Positions 8,680 through 22,355 of a stretch of 64,000 bases of DNA are shown piece after piece; the first letter of the stretch is position 1; each line of letters starts with the position of its first letter. The position numbers and the translations under genes are program-made. The DNA lies in assembly GCA_963808235.1 (NCBI GenBank), contig CAWEEQ010000004.1, forward strand, positions 1,760,001-1,824,000, in the 5' to 3' direction. Origin of the DNA: an uncultured delta proteobacterium. GTDB lineage: Bacteria > Desulfobacterota > Binatia > Binatales > Binataceae. The notes below the pieces were generated by a model. That model was not told where the DNA came from. It worked only from the letters and a program-made list of their open reading frames with translations, and made no database searches.

Positions 8680-8883
8680 ATGAATGGGTATCAATACCTG
8701 ATCGAGCGGAACCGGCTGATGATCAAGCTCGACGATGAGCTTGGGCGGCTGGTGGCGATGCCGGAGGCGGAGCGGCTGGCGCAGACGCGGCGGCTGCAGG
8801 CCAAGTTCGATGATGCGCTGGCCGCATTGTATGGGCAGGTGGCGGACGAGTATCCGGGGGAGCGCAAGAAGAAAGTTGTTTAG
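8680..8883 (+). CDS. Small helical hypothetical protein (67 aa)
   Basis: ATG 8680 preceded by GGAG; host-like codon usage. Confidence 0.7.
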   Translation: MNGYQYLIERNRLMIKLDDELGRLVAMPEAERLAQTRRLQAKFDDALAALYGQVADEYPGERKKKVV

Positions 8884-8983
8884 ATGACGTGCATCACGGC
8901 GCGCGTGCTTCACATGACGCACATCACGCTGCTTATTTTCAGATCGGTGACTTTTAACTTTTAACTTTTTAACTGAGAAAAAC

Positions 8984-11881
8984 TTGGACCGCTCAATCCG
9001 TATCTCGGGCGCACGCACTCACAACCTGGCCGATATCTCGCTCGAAATTCCTCGCGACAAGCTGACCGTGGTGACCGGCGTGTCGGGGTCGGGCAAGTCG
9101 AGCCTGGTTTTCGACACGCTCTACGCCGAAGGGCAGCGGCGCTACGTGCAGAGTCTGTCGACCTACGCGCGCTTGTTTCTGCAGCGGATGGAGCGGCCGG
9201 ACGTCGATTCGATTTCAGATATCCCGCCGGCGCTCGCGCTGCGGCAGAAAAACACAATCAAGAACGCGCGCTCCACGGTCGGGACGGTCACAGAAATCAG
9301 CGATTATCTGAGGCTGCTCTACGCAACGGTCGGGCGGACGATTTGCCCGCGATGCGGCCAGCAGGTCAGCCGCGACAGCGTCGAGAGTGCAGCGGTGCGA
9401 ATCCTCGGGGAGCCGGGACTCTACATTGTGCTGGCGCCGTTCGAGGCGGGCTCGCGCACGATGCTCGACGCGGCAAATTACCTGATTCAGAACGGGTACC
9501 ATCGTCTGTTCGCCGACGACGCGATTACCGAGACCGCGGAATTTGCGGCGCGCGCAGGCGCTGCGGACGCGCGTCCGGAAGGCGCGATGATGGTAGTCGT
9601 CGATCGCGTGTCGGTCACCGGCGAGGCGGAAGTCGAGCGCGTCCGCGAGGCGCTCGAGAAGGCATTTTACCTGGGCGGCGGACGAGCGCGATGCGTTCGC
9701 GTCGAGCGCGATAACGGCGACACCCGCACCGCGGCGACACTCGATTTCGATCGGCGCTTCAACTGCTCGAATTGTGCAATCCCGTTCGCGGAGCCGACCA
9801 CGGCGCTCTTTTCGTCGAACAGTCCAATCGGCGCATGTCCCGAATGCGAAGGGTTCGGGCGAACGGTGGAACTCGATCTCGACAAAGTGATTCCGAATCC
9901 GAGCCTGTCACTTCGGCAGGGTTTAATCGCGACGTGGCGGACGCCGGCTTATCGCGAGATGAACGACTGGATGATCAAACTCGCGCGGCGCAGAAAAATT
10001 CGCACCTCGGCGCCGTATCGCGAGATGAGCGAAGAGGAGCGCACCTGGCTGCTCGACGGCGACCCGGGTCCGCGCGAAAAAAAGTGGGACGACGACGTGT
10101 GGCCGGGAGTGCATGGATTCTTCAAGTGGCTCGAGGGCCGGCGCTACAAGACTCACGTGCGAATCCTGCTCGCGAAGTATCGGCGCTTCGTGACCTGTCC
10201 GGTATGCAATGGTGCGAAGCTCAAGCGCGAGGCGCTCAACGTAGTCGTGGACGGCAACTCGATCGCGGATATCGGCAAGCTCGCGATCGGCGATTTGATC
10301 GCATGGCTCGACAAGCTTGCGGCGGTTCCTGAAATTGCGACGCGTGCCGCGGTCGTGATGCGCGAGCTGCGCAATCGCGTCAGCTACCTGGTCGAAGTGG
10401 GCCTCGGCTACCTGACCGTCGAGCGGCAGGCGCGCACGCTGTCGGGCGGCGAGGCGCAGCGGATTCATCTGGCGAGTGCGCTCGGCAGCCTGCTGGTCGG
10501 GACATTGTATGCACTCGACGAGCCGACTGTCGGACTGCATGCGTCCGATGCGAGGCGATTGCTCGCGGTACTGCACCATCTGCGGGACTTCGGCAACACG
10601 GTGGTCGTCGTCGAGCACGATCCCGCGATGATCGCGGGCGCGGACTACGTGGTCGAGCTGGGGCCGGGCGGCGGCAGCGAGGGCGGGCGTCTGACCTACG
10701 CAGGATCGGCGGCAAAGGCGGACCTCGACAGCATGGAGACGTCGCCGGGGCGGGTGATGCTGATGCGTGCGATCTCGAAGCGGCGCAAATTTACCCGGCA
10801 CGATCCGGGAATTCGGATCGTAGGCGCGCGCGAGCACAATCTCGCCAATATCGACGTTGCGATTCCGGCCGGGCGGATGGTGTGCGTCACGGGAGTTTCG
10901 GGATCGGGAAAATCGAGCCTGGTCGAGGACGTGCTCTACAACAACTATCTGCGCCGCGGTGGCGACACGTCGGTAGAATTGGGCGCGTGCGATCGGATCG
11001 AAGGCTTCGAGCTGATCGGCGACATGGTGCACATGGGGCAGGAGTTGCCGACGCGATCGATGCGCTCGAATCCCGCGACCTATCTGAAAATCTACGACGA
11101 GATCCGCAAACTGTTCGCCGCCACCGCCGAAGCGCGGCGGCTGGGCGTGACGGCGCGGCAGTTTTCGTTCAACGTCACCGGCGGGCGATGCGAGAAATGC
11201 AGCGGCACCGGCACCGTGACGATCGAGATGCATTTCATGGCGGACCTCGAAGTGAAATGCGAGGCGTGCGATGGGCGCCGCTTCCAGAGCCATATTCTCG
11301 CGATTCCACTCGGTGGTCTGAATATCAATGGAGTGCTGGATTTGACCGTCGAGGACGCGCGCGCGTTTTTCATTCGGCATCCTGCGATTGTGAAGAGGCT
11401 CGACGCGTTGATCGCGGTCGGGCTCGGGTACTTGCGCGTGGGGCAGACGACCTCGACGCTGTCGGGCGGAGAGGCGCAGCGCCTGAAGCTCGCGCGCTTT
11501 CTACTCGTCGATCTTGAGCCTGCGCCAGTCGGGCCAGACGGCAAGCCTCTGCCGCGGATGTTTCTGCTCGACGAGCCGACCACTGGACTCAGCTCGACTG
11601 ATATCCGGCGGCTGATCAAGGTGCTCACGCGGCTGGTGACGGAGGGCAACACGCTGGTGGTGATCGAGCACAACATGGAGTTTATCGCGCACGCCGATTA
11701 TGTAATCGATCTCGGACCGGGTGGCGGCGACGATGGCGGGCGAGTGGTGGCGGCGGGCTCGCCGCTGGATATCGCGGCGTGTGAAAAATCGGAAACCGGG
11801 CGCGAACTGAGGCGGCTGTTTGGATTGCCGGAGCGCGGGCGGCAGGTTCGCTCGGCGCTGCGGCTCGCGGCGGGGGCGTAA
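8984..11881 (+). CDS. uvrA: Excinuclease ABC subunit A (UvrA family, probably a UvrA2-type paralog)
   Basis: Two ABC cassettes (GVSGSGKSS twice, LSGGEAQR twice, DEPT), CxxC zinc modules, GARTHNL and GAREHNL. Confidence 0.93.
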   Translation: MDRSIRISGARTHNLADISLEIPRDKLTVVTGVSGSGKSSLVFDTLYAEGQRRYVQSLSTYARLFLQRMERPDVDSISDIPPALALRQKNTIKNARSTVGTVTEISDYLRLLYATVGRTICPRCGQQVSRDSVESAAVRILGEPGLYIVLAPFEAGSRTMLDAANYLIQNGYHRLFADDAITETAEFAARAGAADARPEGAMMVVVDRVSVTGEAEVERVREALEKAFYLGGGRARCVRVERDNGDTRTAATLDFDRRFNCSNCAIPFAEPTTALFSSNSPIGACPECEGFGRTVELDLDKVIPNPSLSLRQGLIATWRTPAYREMNDWMIKLARRRKIRTSAPYREMSEEERTWLLDGDPGPREKKWDDDVWPGVHGFFKWLEGRRYKTHVRILLAKYRRFVTCPVCNGAKLKREALNVVVDGNSIADIGKLAIGDLIAWLDKLAAVPEIATRAAVVMRELRNRVSYLVEVGLGYLTVERQARTLSGGEAQRIHLASALGSLLVGTLYALDEPTVGLHASDARRLLAVLHHLRDFGNTVVVVEHDPAMIAGADYVVELGPGGGSEGGRLTYAGSAAKADLDSMETSPGRVMLMRAISKRRKFTRHDPGIRIVGAREHNLANIDVAIPAGRMVCVTGVSGSGKSSLVEDVLYNNYLRRGGDTSVELGACDRIEGFELIGDMVHMGQELPTRSMRSNPATYLKIYDEIRKLFAATAEARRLGVTARQFSFNVTGGRCEKCSGTGTVTIEMHFMADLEVKCEACDGRRFQSHILAIPLGGLNINGVLDLTVEDARAFFIRHPAIVKRLDALIAVGLGYLRVGQTTSTLSGGEAQRLKLARFLLVDLEPAPVGPDGKPLPRMFLLDEPTTGLSSTDIRRLIKVLTRLVTEGNTLVVIEHNMEFIAHADYVIDLGPGGGDDGGRVVAAGSPLDIAACEKSETGRELRRLFGLPERGRQVRSALRLAAGA

Positions 11882-11894
11882 CCCAAGAGGTAGG

Positions 11895-12068
11895 ATGCAC
11901 AGATTGAAACGATTCGCACGCGGCGCAACGCAGCTTGGGTTCGTCGACGTACTGACGGCGGTGATACTGCTTGGGATTCTGCTCTACGTCGCGACGCTGC
12001 AGTTTGCGGTGTACAAGGTGGCTCCGGCGGTGCCGGCGTCGACGAGCAGCGCGTCGGGTGCGCACTGA
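11895..12068 (+). CDS. Small single-TM hypothetical protein (57 aa)
   Basis: AGAGGTAGG before ATG 11895; basic N-terminus followed by a hydrophobic helix. Confidence 0.6.
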   Translation: MHRLKRFARGATQLGFVDVLTAVILLGILLYVATLQFAVYKVAPAVPASTSSASGAH

Positions 12069-12085
12069 CCGCAACCTAACCCATA

Positions 12086-12118
12086 ACCCCTAGCCCCTTC
12101 CCCTCAGGGAAGGGGAAC
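12086..12118. repeat. REP-like hairpin CCCCTTCCC-CTCA-GGGAAGGGG
   Basis: 9-bp stem 12094-12102/12107-12115; same pyrimidine/purine hairpin style as 7013-7031. Confidence 0.65.
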
Positions 12119-12147
12119 AAAATTGGGGGAATCTGAAGTTCGAACCG

Positions 12148-13047
12148 TTGCCCTCGTTGCCGTTACCAATGAATATCTACCTGCTTGACCGAGCCGTCTT
12201 ACTTATTTTGCCGATTGTATATCTCGTCTACGTCGTCGGCGTGATGAAAACGGCTGTCCCCAGGAGGATTCGGCGGCTCTATCCATATCGGGTCAACTGG
12301 CTGTCGATCGTGCCGTTCAGTACTCGGTGGCAGAAGCGAATCGCTCCTGAGCATGTAGACGCTTATCGAAAGCAGCGCAAGTGGGTTTTTGCGGGGTTAA
12401 TGACCATTTTGACCGTGACGCTCTTGAAGGGCATGTACTTCGAGTTCTTTTTCATGCGACTCCATGGCTTCGACGTCATCGAAAAAAATTCGTCGCTGCA
12501 CAGAGCGTACACGGCCCTGCGGCCCGAGAATGACGCCGACAAAGCGCGCGCCGCGATCCTGGTTAGAGATCTTCAGCATGCGCTGGCGAAATACGAGGAC
12601 TATCACGTCGCTGAGGCGGACGGCTTCCATCCGTTGACACCCAAAATCAAAGTTCCTATCGAGTATTTCGAGAAGGATTTAACGAAGTGCCGTAAAGGCG
12701 TCAGCGCACCGTTCACGTTCAGCGACCCGGATTCATTGCTGTACGAGCGCACGCCAGGCGGCAGCTACAAGCTGATCGGCGCGATGTATACCGATCGCAC
12801 GGATGCCGGCGAGGATAAGCTCAACGAGCGTGTACCGCTGAGCGTCGCGCGATGGCATCGGTACATCAATCTGTGCGGTCCGAGTTGGGGCGCCGACATA
12901 AAGACCGTGGATTGGTCGAAGTTCGAGTCGATCGCAACCAAGCAAGCCTGCGACGCAGCCGGTGGCAGGTTTGAAGCTCAGTTGCCCGGCTGGACGCTCC
13001 AGGTTCATCCTTGGGAGCAGAATCCCAAACTGGTCTGGGCGCAGTAG
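12148..13047 (+). CDS. Membrane-anchored hypothetical protein with extracytoplasmic domain
   Basis: Two N-terminal TM segments; C-terminal LLYE..YKLIGAMYT..ERVPLSVARWH..C..ACDAAGGRF; start may be ATG 12169. Confidence 0.75.
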   Translation: MPSLPLPMNIYLLDRAVLLILPIVYLVYVVGVMKTAVPRRIRRLYPYRVNWLSIVPFSTRWQKRIAPEHVDAYRKQRKWVFAGLMTILTVTLLKGMYFEFFFMRLHGFDVIEKNSSLHRAYTALRPENDADKARAAILVRDLQHALAKYEDYHVAEADGFHPLTPKIKVPIEYFEKDLTKCRKGVSAPFTFSDPDSLLYERTPGGSYKLIGAMYTDRTDAGEDKLNERVPLSVARWHRYINLCGPSWGADIKTVDWSKFESIATKQACDAAGGRFEAQLPGWTLQVHPWEQNPKLVWAQ

Positions 13048-13056
13048 AAGGCATAC

Positions 13057-13950
13057 GTGGCGGAAATAGTTAGAGAGCGGCTGGACCATTACCTGGTGCG
13101 GGTCGGATTTGCGACGTCGCGGCGGGTTGCGCAGGAGCTTGTCGAGCGCGGGATGGTGCGGATCAACGGCCGACGCTCGAGGAAGAGCGAGATTGTCGGC
13201 GCCGATGACGTCGTTGAAGTTGCGCCGATACAGAAGTACTCGGCGATCGAGGCGAATCGCGATCTTACGATTGTCGTGCTGCATGAAGATGCGGCGGTTA
13301 TCGTCGTGAATAAGCCGGGTGGGATTCCTTGTCATCCGCTGAAGCCTGGGGAGCGCGGTACCGTGATGAACGCAGTGGTTGCGCGATTTCCGGATACGGC
13401 GAGCGCCGGTGACAAGCCGCTCGAAGGCGGACTGGTGCATCGATTGGACAACGGCACCTCGGGCGCGCTGCTGATTGCGCGCAATCGTGCGACGTTCGAA
13501 AAATTGCGCGAGTCGATCCGCGCGGGACGAATCGCGCGGCGTTACGAAGCGCTGGTCGCGGGTGCGCTCGATGAGAAGATCGAGATCGATGTACCGATCG
13601 CGCATCATGCGAAGAATCCGCGCAAGATGGTCGCCGGCGATCGTGAGAGCGCCAACCCCAGGCGCGCCGGCCGGGCCGCGATGACGATGGTCGAGCCGCT
13701 GCGTCGCGTCGGGGCATTCACTCTGGTATCGGTGGTGCCGAAAACCGGCAGCCGGCATCAGATTCGCGTGCACCTGGCGGACGCGGGTTATCCGATCGTT
13801 GGCGACACGCTATATGGCGGTCCCGCGAACGAGTCGCTCACGCACGGACGCTTCTGGTTGCATCTATGCGACATAGCGTTCGACTCGCCGGCGGTGGGGC
13901 ACGTCAAGGTGACGGCGCCGATCGCTGCGGACTTGCAGAAACTTCTTTAA
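13057..13950 (+). CDS. RluA/RluD-family pseudouridine synthase with S4 domain
   Basis: S4 motif RLDHYL..SRR, VVNKPGG, catalytic LVHRLDNGTSG, TGSRHQIRVH, GDTLYG. Confidence 0.93.
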   Translation: MAEIVRERLDHYLVRVGFATSRRVAQELVERGMVRINGRRSRKSEIVGADDVVEVAPIQKYSAIEANRDLTIVVLHEDAAVIVVNKPGGIPCHPLKPGERGTVMNAVVARFPDTASAGDKPLEGGLVHRLDNGTSGALLIARNRATFEKLRESIRAGRIARRYEALVAGALDEKIEIDVPIAHHAKNPRKMVAGDRESANPRRAGRAAMTMVEPLRRVGAFTLVSVVPKTGSRHQIRVHLADAGYPIVGDTLYGGPANESLTHGRFWLHLCDIAFDSPAVGHVKVTAPIAADLQKLL

Positions 13951-14171
13951 TTTTAACCAGTACGTCGTCGGCAACGGCTCAGTTGCAGGCGCACTGGAGG
14001 GAACACTCCATGCGTTCGCTAGTTCGCACGCAGATTTTGTGCGATAAGGCCCGCAGTGTGACAAAACGGCCCGCAGATAACTGAAGTGACAGGCCAATCC
14101 TCGTCTATGCGCCGGTAGCTGAGGCACGGATGAGAGTGGTGGTCCCTAGCCGAGGCAGTTCAGAAGCAACT

Positions 14172-15329
14172 ATGAAAAAAAGGTTGGCACGCCGGCTCAG
14201 TTTTGCTCAGTTCATCGGGCTCGCTTTGGTGCTGCCCGTAGGCTCCGCAGCGATCGTTGGATGCGGTCACAAAGCGCCTGCCGCGAGAGATTCGATTCCC
14301 GTTACGGTACAGACCGTCGGGTTGGCGAGTGGTGATGCCGGCGGCGCCTATTCGGCCCATATCATTGCCGACACGCAGGTGGATGTTGCCTTCAAAGTCA
14401 ACGGCTACGTGCAGTCGATCCTCCAGGTGAAGGGCGCGGACGGCAAGCTGCGCAATGTGCAGGCGGGGGATCGCGTCGCGACGGGCGCGGTGCTCGCGAT
14501 CGTCAAGGATGACACCTACCGCCACAGCGTGACCAAAGCTCAAGCAGATTTGCAAAACTCGCGCGCATCGCTAAGCAAGGCGAAGGCGGATTTCGCCCGC
14601 TACACGCATCTGCTCGAGCAGCGCGTCGTGGCGAGGGCCGACTATGACGCGGTAAAGCAGCAATACGAATCCGCGCAGGCGGCGGTTGGCGCCTCGCAGG
14701 CGGCCGTACAGCAGGCGCAGGTCGATCTCGACGACTGCAAGCTCAAGTCGCCGATAAGCGCGCTGGTGCTTGATCGCAAGATCGAGGTCGGCACGCTGGT
14801 GTCGCCCAACACCACCGGCTTTCAAATTGGCGATACCGGAAAGGTCAAGGTCGTGTTCGGCGTGCCGGGCACAATTGTCGGCGAGTTGAAACCTGGGGCA
14901 GAGGTCTCGGCCACCGTCGACGCATTCCCCGGCCAGACGTTCAAGGGCACGATTTCCAAAGTCGCGGCAGTCGCCGATCCCAACACTCGGGTATTCGATA
15001 TCGAGGCGACGATTCCCAACCCTGACGCCCGCCTCCGAGTCGGCATGATTGCCGCGCTCCATCTGCCGGTCAACGCACAAGCCAAGAACATGCTCGCGGT
15101 GCCGACGCGGGCAATCGTGCGGCCGCCCGACGATCCCAGCGGATACGCGGTGTACGTCGCGGAGAAGAACGCCGACGGCAAGATGGTCGCGACGCTCAAG
15201 AAGGTCGAGATAGGTCCTGTGGTCGGCGACCAGGTGTCAGTCGAGTCGGGCCTGGATGCGGGTGCGCAAGTGATTGTCAGGGGCGCGGACGTCGTGTTCA
15301 ACGGCGCCGATATCAACGTAGTTCCCTAG
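14172..15329 (+). CDS. RND efflux periplasmic adaptor (MFP), probable lipoprotein
   Basis: IVGC lipobox-like site, hairpin and lipoyl domains, ADPNTRVF, LRVGM; alternative start 14130. Confidence 0.92.
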   Translation: MKKRLARRLSFAQFIGLALVLPVGSAAIVGCGHKAPAARDSIPVTVQTVGLASGDAGGAYSAHIIADTQVDVAFKVNGYVQSILQVKGADGKLRNVQAGDRVATGAVLAIVKDDTYRHSVTKAQADLQNSRASLSKAKADFARYTHLLEQRVVARADYDAVKQQYESAQAAVGASQAAVQQAQVDLDDCKLKSPISALVLDRKIEVGTLVSPNTTGFQIGDTGKVKVVFGVPGTIVGELKPGAEVSATVDAFPGQTFKGTISKVAAVADPNTRVFDIEATIPNPDARLRVGMIAALHLPVNAQAKNMLAVPTRAIVRPPDDPSGYAVYVAEKNADGKMVATLKKVEIGPVVGDQVSVESGLDAGAQVIVRGADVVFNGADINVVP

Positions 15330-15339
15330 GCGCAATCCA

Positions 15340-19017
<3,678 letters not shown>

Positions 19018-19132
19018 TCCCCGGAATCGTCGTCGTATTACCCGGCTTGCCCTTGAACCATAACGCGAAGGAGTAGTGGCTTGCGATCCGCGCACCGCTG
19101 TGAGGGACCCCGCTTGCAAGCTCGCCGGCGCC

Positions 19133-19696
19133 TCAGTTGCAGGCGCATTGCGAGCATTGAGTCGTTAGCGGGGTTGTCTGCGAGCGTTGCAGGAGTCCCG
19201 ATTGTCCCACCGAGGTCGAGACCTGGGCGCGCTGCGAGAACGCGGTGCCATTGTAGATCGTTGGCCGTTGCGAACCGAGTGTGTTGCCCGACGTTTGCGG
19301 TAGGTACGACGACGGCGCGTTCGCGTTCAGCAAATAGTTGGCGCACTGACCGCGCGCAGACTGCCGCGCGAGAATATAGCTCGATGACGAAACGATTCCC
19401 GCCCACTCGGTCCAGGTTCCCGGCGCCGAACAGGTGCATCGGAACGATCGCGGAGTTGGCAGCGGGGTGGCAGCGGCCGCGATCGAGCTTCCCGGCGCCG
19501 GAGCGAGCGCCGGCAGCGCACCGATCGTCGAGAATGGCTGCGGCTGACCGGGAGCGGCTGGTGCAGTCAGTGGCACCGGCCCCGGCGCCGCGGTAACTTG
19601 CGCGAATGGCTGCCGCGCGAGTCTCGAGTCGCTGAGCGCAAGCATGAGGATCGGAGAAAGTACGAGCAATATGATCGTCAGTCTGAGAGCACGCAT
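19133..19696 (-). CDS. Secreted Pro-rich, Cys-containing hypothetical protein (187 aa)
   Basis: Signal peptide MRALRLTIILLVLSPILMLALS, GGAG upstream of the ATG, six Cys. Confidence 0.7.
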   Translation of the reverse strand: MRALRLTIILLVLSPILMLALSDSRLARQPFAQVTAAPGPVPLTAPAAPGQPQPFSTIGALPALAPAPGSSIAAAATPLPTPRSFRCTCSAPGTWTEWAGIVSSSSYILARQSARGQCANYLLNANAPSSYLPQTSGNTLGSQRPTIYNGTAFSQRAQVSTSVGQSGLLQRSQTTPLTTQCSQCACN

Positions 19697-19929
19697 GCGA
19701 TCTCCATCGGCGTTTCGAAATGATCCGCGCCCGACCACACGACGGCAAGACAAGGCGTGCGGCCTTGGCTATAATCGCGACCTGATTGGCGCCGCGCAAG
19801 CGCTCCGTTCCCGATACGGCGCCAGCGGAATCATCCCTCTGCTGAATGCAACGCGCAATCTTGAACGACGTACCAGAGTGCTGCGGCCGTCGACGCCGCA
19901 ACCGACAGGGACAAGGAGGTTCCATCCAG

Positions 19930-21846
19930 ATGTCGAGCAAGAAATCGGTTTTTACTGCGATAGTATTTTTTTCGCTGCTGATGCTCGGCGCTTCGATCGG
20001 CGGCGCCCAGAATAACCCCAATCCGTTCGCGGTCACCGGCTCGATCCCCAAGACGCCGCTGCCTCCGCCGGCTACCACCGGACCGATCCAGCTGCAGTCG
20101 GTGCCGGTGTCGCCGCAGGAGCCGCCGCAGACGAGCGTGCCGCCGAGCGCGTCAAACCAGTTCGAGCATCATGACGACATATTGAATCTGCCGCGAATCT
20201 TCGCGCATCAGTGGTCGATGACGCGGGAAATTTCGCCCGATGACATTATCAGCGAACGTTACCTGCGCTCGGAAGATCCCAATGCGCGCGGGGTGACGCT
20301 GAAGGAAGCGATCTACATCTCGCTGCGGAACAACCCGGCGCTGAAAGCGGCGGAGCTCGATCCGGTCGCGTCGATGGAAACGGTCAGGGAGGCGAACGGA
20401 ACTTTCGATCCGAATCTGACCGCGCAGGGCGATATCGAAAAGAACGTCATTCCAGTCACGAACGCGCTGCAGACCGCCGGCGCCACCTCATTCGTGCAGA
20501 AGTTTTACGACTGGAACTTCGGGATCAACAAAGTATCAGCGATCACCAATGGCACCTGGGGCGTGACCTTCAACAACGATCGCTCGTTTTCCAATTCGAC
20601 CTTCGCGGGCGTCAATCCGGCATATTCGCCGACCCTCGCACTGTCGCTCTCACAGCCATTGCTGCAGAACTTCGGCTGGCAGTTCGCGACTATCAACGTG
20701 CAGATTGCCGAGTCGGGCCAGAAGCAGGCGCAATGGACTTACGGGCAGGCGCTGCAGGATTTCGTGCAGCGGATCGGCGGCGAGTACTGGAACGTCGTGC
20801 TCTCTGAGGAAAACCTTGACGTGGCGCGTGCGGCGCTGAAATTCAACCTGGACCTGGTGCGGCAGAACGCAATCAGCGTGAAGGTCGGAACGCTGGCGCC
20901 GATCGACTTGCAGGAAGCGCAGTCGGCGGCCGCAACCTCCGAGGCCAACGTTTACACGGCGGAGGCCAACCTGAAGAATTCCCGCACCCAGCTTCGCCAG
21001 GACGTGATGCTGAATCCGTACGGCACGTTCCTGCCCGAAGAGCTTCAGCCGCTCACGAGGACCAATCCGCAGGAACGCATCGTCGTCGATGAGGAACGCG
21101 CGCTCGAGCTTGCGGTGCAGTATCGGCCGTCACTCGGCAGCATGCGCGAGGCGATTCGCGACGCGCTACTACAGGTGAAGTTCTCCGAGAACCAGGTCCT
21201 GCCGCAGCTGAACTTCGGCGGGCAATTTGGCTTGACTTCGAGCGCAGGACATACGCCTTGCTCGCCTTTGAGCGTCTTAAGCACATCGAGTCCGAACTGC
21301 ACAGCCATTACGTCCACCGGGCCCACCCCGGGCACCATGTTGCCGTTCGGCGGGCAGTACGGCGACGCGCTCAATCGTTTGTGGGGATTCACTTATTACA
21401 GTTACGCCGCGGTGCTGACGTTTCAGATGCCGCTCGACAATGCGGTCCCGCGCGCGGCGCTCGCGCAGGCTCGGGTGCAGTATGAGCAGCAGCGGATGCT
21501 CTATCGCGCGGCGCTGTCGCAGGCGGTCATCGACGTGCAGAGCGCGCTTGCCAATCTATATGCAGATCAGAAGCGAGCCTATGCGACTGCGTCGGCGACT
21601 TACTATGCTCGCCAATCGCTTCACGATGAGCAAGTGAGGTTCCGAGTAGGTCTGGCAACGACACACGATCTGCTGCAATTCCAGGAAGAGGAAGTGAGCG
21701 CGGAGGGCAACCAGGTGCAAGCTGAAGTCGATCTCGAGAATGCCAAGCTCGCGCTCGGCCACGCCGACGGCACCCTGCTGCAAGCATTCAACATTGACTG
21801 GCAAGTGCTGAATCCGCACGAAGTGCCTTGGTACGCGGCCTTTTAG
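19930..21846 (+). CDS. TolC-family outer membrane efflux protein
   Basis: AAGGAGG RBS; signal peptide; LKEAIYISLRNNP, LSQPLLQNFG, VGTLAPIDL, RFRVGLATTHDLL. Confidence 0.92.
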   Translation: MSSKKSVFTAIVFFSLLMLGASIGGAQNNPNPFAVTGSIPKTPLPPPATTGPIQLQSVPVSPQEPPQTSVPPSASNQFEHHDDILNLPRIFAHQWSMTREISPDDIISERYLRSEDPNARGVTLKEAIYISLRNNPALKAAELDPVASMETVREANGTFDPNLTAQGDIEKNVIPVTNALQTAGATSFVQKFYDWNFGINKVSAITNGTWGVTFNNDRSFSNSTFAGVNPAYSPTLALSLSQPLLQNFGWQFATINVQIAESGQKQAQWTYGQALQDFVQRIGGEYWNVVLSEENLDVARAALKFNLDLVRQNAISVKVGTLAPIDLQEAQSAAATSEANVYTAEANLKNSRTQLRQDVMLNPYGTFLPEELQPLTRTNPQERIVVDEERALELAVQYRPSLGSMREAIRDALLQVKFSENQVLPQLNFGGQFGLTSSAGHTPCSPLSVLSTSSPNCTAITSTGPTPGTMLPFGGQYGDALNRLWGFTYYSYAAVLTFQMPLDNAVPRAALAQARVQYEQQRMLYRAALSQAVIDVQSALANLYADQKRAYATASATYYARQSLHDEQVRFRVGLATTHDLLQFQEEEVSAEGNQVQAEVDLENAKLALGHADGTLLQAFNIDWQVLNPHEVPWYAAF

Positions 21847-21863
21847 CCTAACCGCAAGACGAC

Positions 21864-21909
21864 GATGCGGCGCCGGATCGGATCCCGATTCGGCGCCGCA
21901 TCATTTTTT
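21864..21909 (+). terminator. Intrinsic terminator after the TolC gene
   Basis: Stem GATGCGGCGCCGGATCGG / CCGATTCGGCGCCGCATC followed by ATTTTTT. Confidence 0.8.
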
Positions 21910-21924
21910 CGAGCAGCTAACAGC

Positions 21925-22335
21925 TCAGTGGTGGCCGAGGATAGTCACTTGCCGGCCCGCAAACCGCCATCCAGCCGGGGTTTTGCGGAGCCGGTCAGTG
22001 TAGTAGCCAACCGTACATTGCTGAACTCGTCCTTCCTTGCAGTGATAGTAATTCAAGTAGGCGGTGCCGGTGCCGGAATCGCCGTCGAGGTCGAAGGCCG
22101 GATTGGCGACGACATGAAGCACATTCGCGCCGCCGAGCGATTCTTTGTAGAGCGCGGTGAACCGCCTGAGTCCGTCGCGGCCGCTATGCTTGCCGAAGCG
22201 CGGACTTTCGAAAACGCCGTCCTCGGTGAAGCAGTCGACCCACTCGTCGTAGCGCGCGGTATCGATCGTCAGGCAATAGCGCGCGTGCAAGGTTCGAACT
22301 TCCTCGCGGTCTTCGATACTTCCTGAAATCGCCAT
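21925..22335 (-). CDS. SnoaL/NTF2-like protein
   Basis: EDREEVRTLHARYCLTID, FTEDG, YTDRLRKTPAGWRF; GGAGG RBS before ATG 22335. Confidence 0.9.
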   Translation of the reverse strand: MAISGSIEDREEVRTLHARYCLTIDTARYDEWVDCFTEDGVFESPRFGKHSGRDGLRRFTALYKESLGGANVLHVVANPAFDLDGDSGTGTAYLNYYHCKEGRVQQCTVGYYTDRLRKTPAGWRFAGRQVTILGHH

Positions 22336-22355
22336 CGCGATTACCTCCCCTACAC

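Noticed and set aside
9923-11380. Long antisense ORFs (485 aa here, and others such as 3029-4252, 22434-23669, 40718-41857)
   Set aside because: Shadow frames of real genes, as expected in high-GC DNA; no recognisable motifs.
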